Source: a virus
Lineage: Duplodnaviria > Caudoviricetes
IMG/VR virus record: IMGVR_UViG_3300025652_007521
Location: 1 to 62,810 of that record
Length of the DNA: 62,810 nucleotides
Direction: 5' to 3' (one strand)
Each line of letters begins with the position of its first letter. Position 1 is the stretch's first letter. Below the pieces are notes generated by a model. The model was not told the origin of the DNA and ran no database searches. It was given only the letters and a program-made list of their open reading frames with translations. Made by a program: the position numbers and the translations under genes. Below are positions 7,509-16,838 of this stretch, one piece after another.

Positions 7509-7976
7509 ATGGCTTATTCAGGTAGATACAAAATAAAAAAACCAGAAAAATATGTAGGTGATCCAAGTAAAGTTACGTATAGATCTTTATGGGAACGACA
7601 AGCATTTAAATGGTGTGAGAATAATTCGAAGGTTGTTGCTTGGAACTCTGAAGAAGTTGTTGTGCCATACAAATATAAAGTCGATAAAAAGTATCATCGT
7701 TATTTTGTAGATCTACTTATTAAAATGGATAATGGTGATATCATACTTATAGAAATCAAACCAAAGAAAGAAACAGCCCCTCCTAAAAAACCTGCACGTC
7801 AGACTAAAAGATATATTAATGAGGTAACTACTTATATTAAAAATACTGATAAATGGAATGCTGCACAGAAATATGCAGAAGATCGTGGTTGGAAGTTTGA
7901 AGTCTGGACTGAAGATACTCTTAAAAGTCTTGGAATAAAATTAGTCGGTGGTCCTATAAAGAAGAAGAAAAAGTAG
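7509..7976 (+). CDS. gp4: Head completion nuclease gp4 (TnsA-like PD-(D/E)xK fold)
   Basis: AYSGRY...P.KY.GDP....YRSLWE, W.SEE..VPY, HRYFVD, IEIKP, N..KW.AA. Confidence 0.93.
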   Translation: MAYSGRYKIKKPEKYVGDPSKVTYRSLWERQAFKWCENNSKVVAWNSEEVVVPYKYKVDKKYHRYFVDLLIKMDNGDIILIEIKPKKETAPPKKPARQTKRYINEVTTYIKNTDKWNAAQKYAEDRGWKFEVWTEDTLKSLGIKLVGGPIKKKKK

Positions 7977-8006
7977 TATACCTCTATCCTCCGGGGTAAC
8001 TATATT

Positions 8007-8036
8007 ATTATAACACACTTTCGTGTAAAAGTACAC
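8007..8036 (-). promoter_or_regulatory. Minus-strand early-type promoter, antisense to gp4
   Basis: Reverse complement reads GTGTACT, N17, TATAAT with the same extended -10 TGTGTTATAAT as the promoters at 2881 and 6241. Confidence 0.75.
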
Positions 8037-8046
8037 TATTTTTGGA

Positions 8047-8054
8047 TATAAATA
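8047..8054 (+). promoter_or_regulatory. T4-type late promoter
   Basis: TATAAATA, 5 nt before the gp2 ATG at 8060. Confidence 0.85.
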
Positions 8055-8059
8055 AAGGT

Positions 8060-8653
8060 ATGGCAAGTCTATTTGATACACTACAAGCACAGGCTTTTAG
8101 AGCTGGCATTAAAACGAGAACAGATCAATCTAAGAATTGGTTTCGTAAAAATGTCGCTAAACTAGGTGATGTAGATCGTCGTAGTCTTTTAAAAGATGAT
8201 GCACTTGATCCTACAACAAAAGAAATAGCTGGTAACATGTACATGTACTTTTATGATCCAAAGCATAAAGCTACACTACCATATTATGATCGGTTCCCAT
8301 TAATTATTATGGTTGAGCCAGCTGAAGGTGGTTTCTATGGATTAAATTTACATTACCTAGCACCAGGTGTAAGAGCAAGATTTTTAGATGAGTTAATGAA
8401 GACTGCACCGAAAAAAGTTGGTGAAAATTCTCGTCTTACAAAGATGCGATATGATTTGTTAAAAGGTGTAAAAAAATATAAAGAGTTTCAACCTTGTTTT
8501 AAACATTATTTAACAAGTCAAATAAAAGGTAGAATGGTAAGAGTTCCGATGACTGAATGGGAAATCGCAATCTTTTTACCAACAGAACAATTTAAGAAAG
8601 TTAAAGCGGAAACTGTTTGGAGATATTCTCGCAAACAATATACAGGTAAATAA
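8060..8653 (+). CDS. gp2: DNA end protector protein gp2
   Basis: MYFYDPKHK.TLPYYDRFPL, GLNLHYL.P..R, PCFKHYL, W.IA.FLP. Confidence 0.93.
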   Translation: MASLFDTLQAQAFRAGIKTRTDQSKNWFRKNVAKLGDVDRRSLLKDDALDPTTKEIAGNMYMYFYDPKHKATLPYYDRFPLIIMVEPAEGGFYGLNLHYLAPGVRARFLDELMKTAPKKVGENSRLTKMRYDLLKGVKKYKEFQPCFKHYLTSQIKGRMVRVPMTEWEIAIFLPTEQFKKVKAETVWRYSRKQYTGK

Positions 8654-8655
8654 GA

Positions 8656-9363
8656 ATGGCAAAATCAATCGACGATTTTAAAGCAATTGTTACTAAGAGA
8701 CAAGGTCTTGCAAAGACCAATCGCTTTTTGACAATTTTTACTCCACCTACTCAATCGTTAATTAATTTAAACCCACTTGATATTGTTGGTCGTATTGCCA
8801 ACGAAACTTTTAATGCTAGGAGTTTAATAAACGATCCAAGAGATATTGCGTTTCTTACTGAATCAGCAACATTACCTGGTCGTAGTCTTAATACCCTAGA
8901 TTTTTCTGCAGAAAAAGAAACATTAAAATTACCTAATGGATTTATTGATGATGATGTCACAATGACGTTTTATTTAACAAACGATTATTATATGAAAGAT
9001 ATGATGGAGACTTGGATGTCATCAATTGTTGATACAGAAAAATATCAATTAGGTTATAAAAAGAATTATCAAACAGATATTGTAATACAGCAATTAAATA
9101 CCTTTGATAAAAATATATACGGTGTTAAATTAATTAACGCGTATCCAATATCAATAGGAGCACTTGCTCTAAACAACGAATCTGAGAATGCATTTCAAAG
9201 ATTACAAGTTACATTTGCATACGATAGATATGTACCACAAAATTTTATAGATTCATCTATATCTGGCGCAATATCAGCATTACCGAATGAAGTGAAAAGA
9301 TTATTACCAGATAAAATGCAAAGCGGATTGAAAAATTTTACAACAGTTAGTTCATTATTTTAA
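8656..9363 (+). CDS. Tail tube-like protein / baseplate tail-tube initiator (gp54/gp19 family)
   Basis: R.GLA..NRF, ..LPGR, W...I, Y..DI.I.QL, L..AYP.SI, V.FAY; paralogous to gp19 at 61448. Confidence 0.8.
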   Translation: MAKSIDDFKAIVTKRQGLAKTNRFLTIFTPPTQSLINLNPLDIVGRIANETFNARSLINDPRDIAFLTESATLPGRSLNTLDFSAEKETLKLPNGFIDDDVTMTFYLTNDYYMKDMMETWMSSIVDTEKYQLGYKKNYQTDIVIQQLNTFDKNIYGVKLINAYPISIGALALNNESENAFQRLQVTFAYDRYVPQNFIDSSISGAISALPNEVKRLLPDKMQSGLKNFTTVSSLF

Positions 9364-9381
9364 TATTATTAGGAGAATATT

Positions 9382-10086
9382 ATGGCTTTACCAACGTTGA
9401 ATGCTGCGAAGTATAGAACAGTCATTCCATCACTAAATCAGGAAATTGAATATAGGCCTTATTTAGTAAAAGAAGAAAAGATTTTAATGATTGCAATGGA
9501 ATCAAAAGATCAAAGTCAAATACTTAGAGCTTTAAAAGATGTAATCAAAGCATGTGTATATGACGACATTAATGTAAATAAATTAGCAATGTTTGATTTA
9601 GAAGCATTATTTTTGCAATTAAGAGGAAAGTCTGTTGGTGAATCGACAGAAATAAAAATTAAATGTAAGCATTGTGAAGCTGAAAATCATAGGGAAATTA
9701 ATTTCGAAGACATTAATATGCCCGTTGTAACAAATAAGAATAATGTTATTGCTTTAACTGATGAAATAGGTGTAACATTAAGTTATCCATCAGTAGGTGG
9801 ATTAGAAAAGCAAGATCAAAAAGCAAGTAGTGTTGAGCAAGCTATGAATATGATTGTTGACTGCATTGAATCAATATATGATGCAAATGCAGTATATTCA
9901 GCAAAGGACGAAGGTACAAAGGCAGTAAAAGAATTTGTTGATTCTTTAAATAGTGCTCAGTTTAAGAAATTAACAGCGTACTTTGAAGAAATGCCGGCAG
10001 TAACTTATGATATGAATTTTGATTGTTCTTCTTGTGGTGAAACAAATGAGATGGAGTTAAGAGGCTTCGACAATTTTTTTGGTTAG
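9382..10086 (+). CDS. gp26: Baseplate hub assembly protein gp26
   Basis: MALP.L....Y....PS....I.YRPYLVKEEKIL, L..FDLE.LFL.LR.KSVGE, two CxxC motifs, ends G..NFF. Confidence 0.9.
   Translation: MALPTLNAAKYRTVIPSLNQEIEYRPYLVKEEKILMIAMESKDQSQILRALKDVIKACVYDDINVNKLAMFDLEALFLQLRGKSVGESTEIKIKCKHCEAENHREINFEDINMPVVTNKNNVIALTDEIGVTLSYPSVGGLEKQDQKASSVEQAMNMIVDCIESIYDANAVYSAKDEGTKAVKEFVDSLNSAQFKKLTAYFEEMPAVTYDMNFDCSSCGETNEMELRGFDNFFG
10074..10080 (+). other. Candidate -1 ribosomal frameshift slippery heptamer (T TTT TTT)
   Basis: In X-XXY-YYZ phase with gp26 codons (AAT TTT TTT GGT TAG). The -1 frame stays open into gp51. Confidence 0.65.
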
Positions 10087-10133
10087 GCCTCTCTCACGAT
10101 ACCTTATATAACCACTATAAGACCAACTTTGCG

Positions 10134-10274
10134 ATGATGCAACACCATAATTATAGTCTCACGGAATTAGACAATATGATGCCGTGGGAACGTGAGATAT
10201 ATGTAGCGTTATTACAAGAACATATTAAAGAAGAAAATGAAAGACGTAAAGCAGAACAAGCGAGGAGTAAATAA
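10134..10274 (+). CDS. gp51: Baseplate hub assembly catalyst gp51 (short form; coding probably extends back to 10080 by frameshift)
   Basis: Not in the ORF track. MMQHHNYSLTELDNMMPWEREIYVALLQEHIKEEN is the typical marine T4-like gp51 motif; no RBS before the ATG. Confidence 0.85.
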   Translation: MMQHHNYSLTELDNMMPWEREIYVALLQEHIKEENERRKAEQARSK

Positions 10275-10594
10275 TGTCTGAAGAAGAAAAAGTATTCCAT
10301 CCAGCAGATACGAATGGTGATGGTAAAGTAAGTGCAGCTGAAGAGCAGTTATATCTTGAGTTTAAACGCAAAGAGTTAGAAGATGCTGATGCTATGCGTG
10401 ATGCTCAACGTAACATGACATGGTTTGCATTAGGTGGATTACTATTATATCCATTCGCTGTTGTTCTTGCATCACTAGCTGGTTTAGATCAAGCACAAGA
10501 AACATTAGGTGATATGGCACCAACATACTTTGTAGCTGTTGCTGGTATTGTTGCTGCGTTCTTTGGTACACAAGCAATGAAAGGTAAGAAATAA
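10274..10594 (+). CDS. Small membrane protein with an EF-hand-like loop and two TM helices
   Basis: DTNGDGKVSAAE loop, two hydrophobic segments, basic C-terminus; GAGGAG RBS. Confidence 0.75.
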   Translation: MSEEEKVFHPADTNGDGKVSAAEEQLYLEFKRKELEDADAMRDAQRNMTWFALGGLLLYPFAVVLASLAGLDQAQETLGDMAPTYFVAVAGIVAAFFGTQAMKGKK

Positions 10595-10710
10595 TGGATC
10601 CGGTAAACGCATGGGAAACACTATCATACTTTGACGGTATTTTATTTACTGTCTGGTTAGGTATTTTATATTATGGTAAAAATTTAATCGACGATTGGTT
10701 CGGAAAATAA
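10594..10710 (+). CDS. 38-aa single-pass membrane peptide
   Basis: Not in the track. MDPVNAWETLSYFDGILFTVWLGILYYGKNLIDDWFGK; TAATG-coupled to the upstream gene and fills the gap before 10728. Confidence 0.65.
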   Translation: MDPVNAWETLSYFDGILFTVWLGILYYGKNLIDDWFGK

Positions 10711-10727
10711 TTACTAGGTAACGAGTT

Positions 10728-12491
10728 ATGGCTGATAAAATAGATCCCGAAATACTAGAAGCTATGAAGAATAGCATTATGTCTGAGGCGCAGTTAAAAG
10801 CTGGCTTTGGTGGTAAGGCATTCGAAGGTGGTAAGGACGTAAAGGGATTCGGCGGAAAGGGTATGAAAGCCGAAGATCAAACAAAGAAGAATAGCCGGCT
10901 TGAGTCTGGTGTTGCTTCTGGAGAGCTCGGCCGTTTAGCTAAACAATTAGAAGAACAAAATAAAATTGCTCAAAATAATAAATCTGAAAAAGATAGACAG
11001 CAAGCTTTAATGGATCTTGTTCTAGCAACCGAGAAAGGTGACGAGGAAGGAGCGCAAAACGCACTAGAATTAAGAGCTACATATATTGCAACACAAGAGC
11101 GATTAGAAAAAGCTATCGAATCTGGAGATAGTTCTCTCATAGAATTAGAACAAGCTAATATTGAAAGAGTTCTAGCCGGTGCTGAAACAGAAGAGAATCG
11201 CCGAGAAGCTAATAAAATGGCTGAAAAACAGTCTGGTTTATTAGATAAAATATCAGGTGGGATTAGTGGATTAACTGGTTTTCTAAAAGATAATGCTGTT
11301 GCTATTGGGGGTGGTTTATTAGCTGGCCTTGCGCTTTTTGCACCGGAATTAATGGAAAAATTAGTCGGAAGGCTTGTTGAGGTGCTAGGGACAGCGTTTG
11401 AAATCGTAAAGAAATTATTAGATGGTGATGTTAACGGTGCTCTTGAAGCTTTTGGTACAGAATGGAAGGCATTTACTGGTGCATTCATATTCTTCTTTGG
11501 TGGTAAAATTATAAAAGGTTTGAAGGCAGCGCATGCAGCTTTTAAAGGAATAATGGCTGCAGTACAAACATATAAAATGTTTTTAGCTACAAATTATGCT
11601 GGTAGTATGATGGCACACTTAAAAGATATGATGAAAAATCTTGGTAACACATTAATGAAGCCGTTAAGACTTTTACTAAATGGTGCTAAGGTATTTAGAG
11701 TATTTATGATGACAACATTTATTCCAGGAATGATAGCTGCATTTAGTGGAATGATAGCTGCAATTACGCCGATGCTAGTTGCTTTAGCTCCAATTCTATT
11801 ACCTATATTAGCAATTGCTGCAGTCTTTGGTTTAATATATCTTGCATTGGAAAAAATGCGAGAAGCAATGGGATTTACTTCTATCTTTGATGTAATGTTA
11901 CTAGGTCTTGCATATTTAAAAGATGGATTTGGTCATATTGTAAATCTTATTGGTACAATTGTTAACTTTATTATGGGCCTTGTAGGTAAGTTTGCTAGCT
12001 TCCTTGGGTTTGATATAGATATTCCAAAGATACCAAAAATGGATACTGATAATGCTTCAAGGAAAAAGGCAGAATTACAAGAAAAAGCAGCCGCTGCGGC
12101 AGAAGAAGAAGCTGCCAAGAAAGCAAAACAAGATATTGATGCGGATCCACTAAGATATGAAGTAGATATAACAGAACCAGAATTATCTACGAGTACAATT
12201 GATTCAAGCGAATCAATAACACCTGATAGCACATCTAGTAGAGGTAGAGGGAGAAGGAGAGGTCGAGCATCTGTATCTAAAAATCAACCGGTTGCGGGAG
12301 ATCAACTAAATATAGAATCAACGGAAAATAATATGATGCAAGAAAAAGCTCAGACTAATTCCCCTACGAATGTTGTAGTACAAAATAAAGGTGGAGACGT
12401 AACAAATAATAGTACAACTAATCAAACAAGAAATTACAGACGAAGAAGAGGGTGGAGATCTAATGATACAGATACTGCCGCGGCTTTTTAA
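10728..12491 (+). CDS. Probable tape measure / baseplate hub protein (gp29-like)
   Basis: 587 aa, coiled-coil N-terminus, long Ala/Gly/Leu hydrophobic helical core, low-complexity tail; lies between gp26/51 and gp48. Confidence 0.7.
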   Translation: MADKIDPEILEAMKNSIMSEAQLKAGFGGKAFEGGKDVKGFGGKGMKAEDQTKKNSRLESGVASGELGRLAKQLEEQNKIAQNNKSEKDRQQALMDLVLATEKGDEEGAQNALELRATYIATQERLEKAIESGDSSLIELEQANIERVLAGAETEENRREANKMAEKQSGLLDKISGGISGLTGFLKDNAVAIGGGLLAGLALFAPELMEKLVGRLVEVLGTAFEIVKKLLDGDVNGALEAFGTEWKAFTGAFIFFFGGKIIKGLKAAHAAFKGIMAAVQTYKMFLATNYAGSMMAHLKDMMKNLGNTLMKPLRLLLNGAKVFRVFMMTTFIPGMIAAFSGMIAAITPMLVALAPILLPILAIAAVFGLIYLALEKMREAMGFTSIFDVMLLGLAYLKDGFGHIVNLIGTIVNFIMGLVGKFASFLGFDIDIPKIPKMDTDNASRKKAELQEKAAAAAEEEAAKKAKQDIDADPLRYEVDITEPELSTSTIDSSESITPDSTSSRGRGRRRGRASVSKNQPVAGDQLNIESTENNMMQEKAQTNSPTNVVVQNKGGDVTNNSTTNQTRNYRRRRGWRSNDTDTAAAF

Positions 12492-12506
12492 AATCGGGAA
12501 TAATAA

Positions 12507-13376
12507 ATGACTAAGATATACGTATACCCAGAATCTTTACGAGAAAAAGCAGATTCGTTTAAAGGCTTTCCTCATGTATCATTTGAAATGGTACAAAGAG
12601 CATTGCCTGAAGCTGTGAAAATTCATTTATATGTTCCTGGCGGATTTAGTGTACCAGATGGAGCAAACTATGGTACAATTAATCTAAATACTCTTGGTTC
12701 AACTCAGTCCGAGATTAATCAAACTAATGAAAAAGATCTAGCCTTATTAAAAGCAGGAGCTGCATTAGATGCTGCAGGATTAGGTGATTTAACACCGGCA
12801 GCACAAAAACAAGCTATCAATCAAGGTATTGCACTTAATCCTAATACTGCCGTTCAGTTTGATACTGTCAATTTAAGAACATTTGATTTTAATTTTAAAA
12901 TGGTTGCTGAATCTTCTGAAGAAGCTTATCAAATTTTTCAAATAGAAAACTTATTTCGTAAAGCGCTATACCCGACGAGACAAGGTGCACTACTAAAATA
13001 TCCTCCTACGTTTAAGATACAGTTTTTACATGGTGATCAGATAAATTCTTATATGCCTCGAATCATGGAGTCATATTTAGTAGGGTTAAATACAACATAT
13101 AATGCAAGTTCTAATATGTATCATGCTGATGGTTCTCCATCTGAAGTCGATGTATCGTTATCATTCCAAGAAACAGAATTAATTACTCGCGAAAAACTAT
13201 ATGGACCTGAACCTGGATTAGTCAATCCGGGAAGTGAATTTGGTCTAGACTCTATAGAAAAAGAAATACAAAGCAGAGTTGGTGCATTAGAAGGTGAAAT
13301 ACGAGGTAGAGTAAATGAAGCTAAGAGCGGATTTAATAGTGCCATTGATAAACTTGCAAGCAAATTTAAGCTATAG
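12507..13376 (+). CDS. gp48: Baseplate tail tube cap gp48
   Basis: I.LY.P, NPN....F....LRTF.FNFKM...S.EEA..I..I...FR...YP, YP..F.I.F, L.FQE.E..TR. Confidence 0.85.
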   Translation: MTKIYVYPESLREKADSFKGFPHVSFEMVQRALPEAVKIHLYVPGGFSVPDGANYGTINLNTLGSTQSEINQTNEKDLALLKAGAALDAAGLGDLTPAAQKQAINQGIALNPNTAVQFDTVNLRTFDFNFKMVAESSEEAYQIFQIENLFRKALYPTRQGALLKYPPTFKIQFLHGDQINSYMPRIMESYLVGLNTTYNASSNMYHADGSPSEVDVSLSFQETELITREKLYGPEPGLVNPGSEFGLDSIEKEIQSRVGALEGEIRGRVNEAKSGFNSAIDKLASKFKL

Positions 13377-13386
13377 GAGATTATAA

Positions 13387-14442
13387 ATGTTTTTTAGTCA
13401 ATTTCCAACACTTCAATATAATTTTAATCGTAGTGGCAATATTGAAAGAATGGTCGACATATTTCGTAGCGTACGACCAGAAACATTACAAGAATTAAAT
13501 CAAGTTACTGTCTATAAAGATTATGAAGTGCATGATGGCATGCGTCCTGATGTTTTATCTCAAAAATTATATGGAACACCAGATTTTTATTGGACCTTTT
13601 TTATTATTAATGATTTTTTACATGATGGTCTACAAGTTTGGCCGATGAGTGAAGAGTCTCTTCGAAGATATATTGCAAAAAATTATTCAGGTAAAGCACT
13701 ATGTTTTAAACCAGATGTTGTTGAAGATTCAGATGGTATTCCGCAAGGAACAAAAAACTCTGTCTCAGGCGTATTACAATTAGGTGAACTTATATATGGT
13801 GGAACTTCAGGAGCCTTAGGTCGACTTGTTCGTAAGGACGCAGATTTAAATGAGATCATACTTCAAGATGTTGTTCCGGGTATTCGCGGCACTGATCCAG
13901 CAGGTGGTGCAGTTGATAATAATATTGTAGGTGGTGATTTTCAGCCTGGAGAATTTCTTAGTGCATCAAGAACTACATTAGATAGCTTTACATTATTTTC
14001 TTTACAAATTCATAAGGTTTATGACTACGCAGCTGCTCCTGCATATTATTATGAAACTGGTGATCCAAATAAAAGACCAATAACAAATCCTGATGGAATA
14101 GCACCATTAAAAAATGTTTATTCTGATGTGCATTGGAATCAGAAAATAAAAAATCAAATTCCATCACTCGATCTAAATGATTTTGGTGTAGCTGGTGCAA
14201 CTACTCAAACTAATGCAGCTTATGGTGCACCTTTAGTATATAGTGGTGGATATATTACCGGCTATAGAGAAGAATTAAGAGAAGGATATCGTAATACTGC
14301 AGAAATTGAAGGTGGTGTATCATATATAACAAATGAACAGCACATACGTCATCTAAATGACAAGCGATCTAAAATAAAAATTATTGATCCAGGATACATA
14401 CTAACGTTTGTCGAAGAATTTGAGAATGTTTTAAATGGCTAA
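13387..14442 (+). CDS. gp53: Baseplate wedge protein gp53 with internal insertion
   Basis: FFSQFP.L.Y, Y.V.DG.RPD.LS.KLYG.P.FYW....IN, WP, ending N..R..IKII.P.YI..FV.EF. Confidence 0.88.
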   Translation: MFFSQFPTLQYNFNRSGNIERMVDIFRSVRPETLQELNQVTVYKDYEVHDGMRPDVLSQKLYGTPDFYWTFFIINDFLHDGLQVWPMSEESLRRYIAKNYSGKALCFKPDVVEDSDGIPQGTKNSVSGVLQLGELIYGGTSGALGRLVRKDADLNEIILQDVVPGIRGTDPAGGAVDNNIVGGDFQPGEFLSASRTTLDSFTLFSLQIHKVYDYAAAPAYYYETGDPNKRPITNPDGIAPLKNVYSDVHWNQKIKNQIPSLDLNDFGVAGATTQTNAAYGAPLVYSGGYITGYREELREGYRNTAEIEGGVSYITNEQHIRHLNDKRSKIKIIDPGYILTFVEEFENVLNG

Positions 14443-15877
14443 ATTTACTTCAAAAACTGATGGTAATCGCACAATATCGCCTGATGGTTATGAGATATAT
14501 TCTGTACACTGTACTCTTTCGAATGGTAGTCTTACTGATATAAAAGGGCTTGTACAAGAAATAGAAATTATTGAAAGTTTACATAGTTCGTCTATACAAG
14601 TAATTATGAGATTATATGACGGAATGAATTTTCTCGAGAATAGTCATGTTGTTGGTGGTGAAAAAATAAATATAAAAATCCGTAGAACATCAAATACAAA
14701 TAAATCTTTTAGTGAAGCAAGAGACAAATTTGATATTGAAGTTTACATTGCTGCTATTAATGAGCATACTACTCCTAAACCAGGACTCCAAGGATATACC
14801 TTTGAATGTATAAGTGAACATGCAATGGTAAGTAATACCAAAAAACTTAATCGTTCTTTTAATGGTGTTATCGGTCAACTTGTAACTAATATATTTACTA
14901 ACGATTTAGGATTGAAAGATAAAATTGATTTTAATCCTGAAAATATATCTGACACAACAGATCAAATTCAAGGTATATATCCGAATCTTTCTCCACTAGG
15001 AGCATTAACATGGTTAACAAGAAACTCTTCTTCAGATGGAACTCCATATTTTTTATATGAAACCATACAAGAAGGATTACAATTTAAATCATATAACGAT
15101 ATGTTATCTGAAGAAACATATAGAGTGTACAATGATGCTACTTTCTCTCAAAATACTCCAAACACTCAAGCAAGTTATTCTGAACTAGAAAAGAAAATTT
15201 TAACTTTAAATTCTGAGTTAAATAGATCAATATATGATTCTATTGCTAATGGTTCGTATACTTCTAAACTACATACTATAGACATTGCAACAAAAAAATA
15301 CAAGCAAACACATTTTATTTATGATAATCAATATAAAATAGATACTAACATACCTTTTAGTAAACACATTGAATTTGATAATAAAAAAATAAATGAATAT
15401 ACTACAAATAAAGAATATTATGTTCCGTTAAATTCTAAGTCATTTAAAAAGAATATTAACTATCATACACCGACTTCACATTCATTACTTAATAAGCAAT
15501 CTTATTATAATAATCTAAGTTTTATGGGGTTGGACATTGAAATATATGGTGATTTTAATTTATCAGCAGGAATGCGAGTTGGTGTTATTAGGCCAAAGGC
15601 TGACGATGGAGTAGGAGTTACTGGAAGAAATAATTTGGTTGATAAGTATATCGGTGGAGCATATATTGTAACATCAGTCTCACATTTGTTTTCTCCATCA
15701 GATTATAGATGTAGTGTAGGATTACAAAAAGATAGCTTAGGTATTGATTTAGATTCTAATATTGAACTTGGTAAGTCGAATAAAAACTCTTCGAAAAGCA
15801 ATAAGAAAACAAAGGCCAAGAGAAATACGAAAAGCAGAAAAAGAAGCCGTGGTTCGCGGATATTAGGTAAATTATAA
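14435..15877 (+). CDS. Baseplate hub protein (gp27-like)
   Basis: Between gp53 and gp5; I.I.ESL, G.E.I.I, YF.YET..G..F.S, GD..L.AG, G.YIV..V.H pattern. Confidence 0.65.
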   Translation: MAKFTSKTDGNRTISPDGYEIYSVHCTLSNGSLTDIKGLVQEIEIIESLHSSSIQVIMRLYDGMNFLENSHVVGGEKINIKIRRTSNTNKSFSEARDKFDIEVYIAAINEHTTPKPGLQGYTFECISEHAMVSNTKKLNRSFNGVIGQLVTNIFTNDLGLKDKIDFNPENISDTTDQIQGIYPNLSPLGALTWLTRNSSSDGTPYFLYETIQEGLQFKSYNDMLSEETYRVYNDATFSQNTPNTQASYSELEKKILTLNSELNRSIYDSIANGSYTSKLHTIDIATKKYKQTHFIYDNQYKIDTNIPFSKHIEFDNKKINEYTTNKEYYVPLNSKSFKKNINYHTPTSHSLLNKQSYYNNLSFMGLDIEIYGDFNLSAGMRVGVIRPKADDGVGVTGRNNLVDKYIGGAYIVTSVSHLFSPSDYRCSVGLQKDSLGIDLDSNIELGKSNKNSSKSNKKTKAKRNTKSRKRSRGSRILGKL

Positions 15878-16830
15878 TGAATAGAAATAGTGATGCATTT
15901 AAAGGTGGAAATTTTTGTTGGTTTACAGGTGTCGTAGAAGATATAAACGATCCTGAAAAGCTAGGGCGAGTTCGTGTAAGAGCATTTGGTTATCATACTG
16001 AAAGTTTAGTTGATATTAAAACTAATGCATTACCTTGGGCAAGTGTCATGGGCCCTACAAACTCTGCAAATATATCTGGTATTGGTACAACTACTCATGG
16101 GTTAGTAAATGGGTCATGGGTAGTTGGATTCTTTCGCGATGGACAAAGCGCACAAGACCCGATTATTATGGGAACGGTCGGATCAACCTACGAAGAAAAA
16201 CCTAAGGCAGATACTGGTTTTTCAGATCCTTCAGAAACATATCCAAAGTTCCAGCAAGATACTGATGGTCTAGATTTAGAATCAGATTACATAGATACAA
16301 ACTTGTTAGCACGTGGTACGAACACCATCACACGAGAACTTGATACTGTAACATCAGAACCTGCAACAGCTTATGCAGCAGTCTATCCTAATAATAAAGT
16401 TACGCAAACAACATCTGGTCATATTATTGAAATAGATGATACACCCGGTGCTGAAAGAATTAATGTAAGACATACATCTGGTACATTCGTAGAGATACAT
16501 CCTAATGGTGATGTTGTACAAAATAATGGTAACCGATTCCAAATAACAACTGGTAATGATAATGTTCATATTACAGGTGTTTGTAATTTAACAATCGACC
16601 AAGATTGTAATACAACTATTCTTGGTAATTGGAATATTGATGTTACTGGTGATAAAACAGAAACGATTGGTGGTAATGTAACAGAAGACGTCGGTGGGAA
16701 TGTTAATGAAACTGTTGCTGGTAATGTTACTGAAGATTATAGTGGTAGTCAAAAAACAACTGCGTCATCAATGGATATTAACGGTGGTAGTGGTATTGAT
16801 ATGGATGCTGGAACAATTAATCTAAACTAG
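15877..16830 (+). CDS. gp5: Baseplate central spike gp5 (OB fold plus beta-helix, no lysozyme domain)
   Basis: WFTGVVED.NDP.KLGRVRVR..G.H, LPWA, G.WV.GFF.DG..AQ.P, YP.N.V..T.SGH..E.DDTPG.ERI, V.GN repeats. Confidence 0.92.
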   Translation: MNRNSDAFKGGNFCWFTGVVEDINDPEKLGRVRVRAFGYHTESLVDIKTNALPWASVMGPTNSANISGIGTTTHGLVNGSWVVGFFRDGQSAQDPIIMGTVGSTYEEKPKADTGFSDPSETYPKFQQDTDGLDLESDYIDTNLLARGTNTITRELDTVTSEPATAYAAVYPNNKVTQTTSGHIIEIDDTPGAERINVRHTSGTFVEIHPNGDVVQNNGNRFQITTGNDNVHITGVCNLTIDQDCNTTILGNWNIDVTGDKTETIGGNVTEDVGGNVNETVAGNVTEDYSGSQKTTASSMDINGGSGIDMDAGTINLN

Positions 16831-16838
16831 GAAATACT

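Noticed and set aside
7509-7976. TnsA-like transposase or homing endonuclease
   Set aside because: Sequence and position next to gp2 match the core head-completion gene gp4.
10084-10137. Stop-codon read-through or TAG recoding at the end of gp26
   Set aside because: The zero frame hits TGA within 17 codons with no recognisable sequence. TAG and TGA end other conserved genes normally, so the standard code applies.
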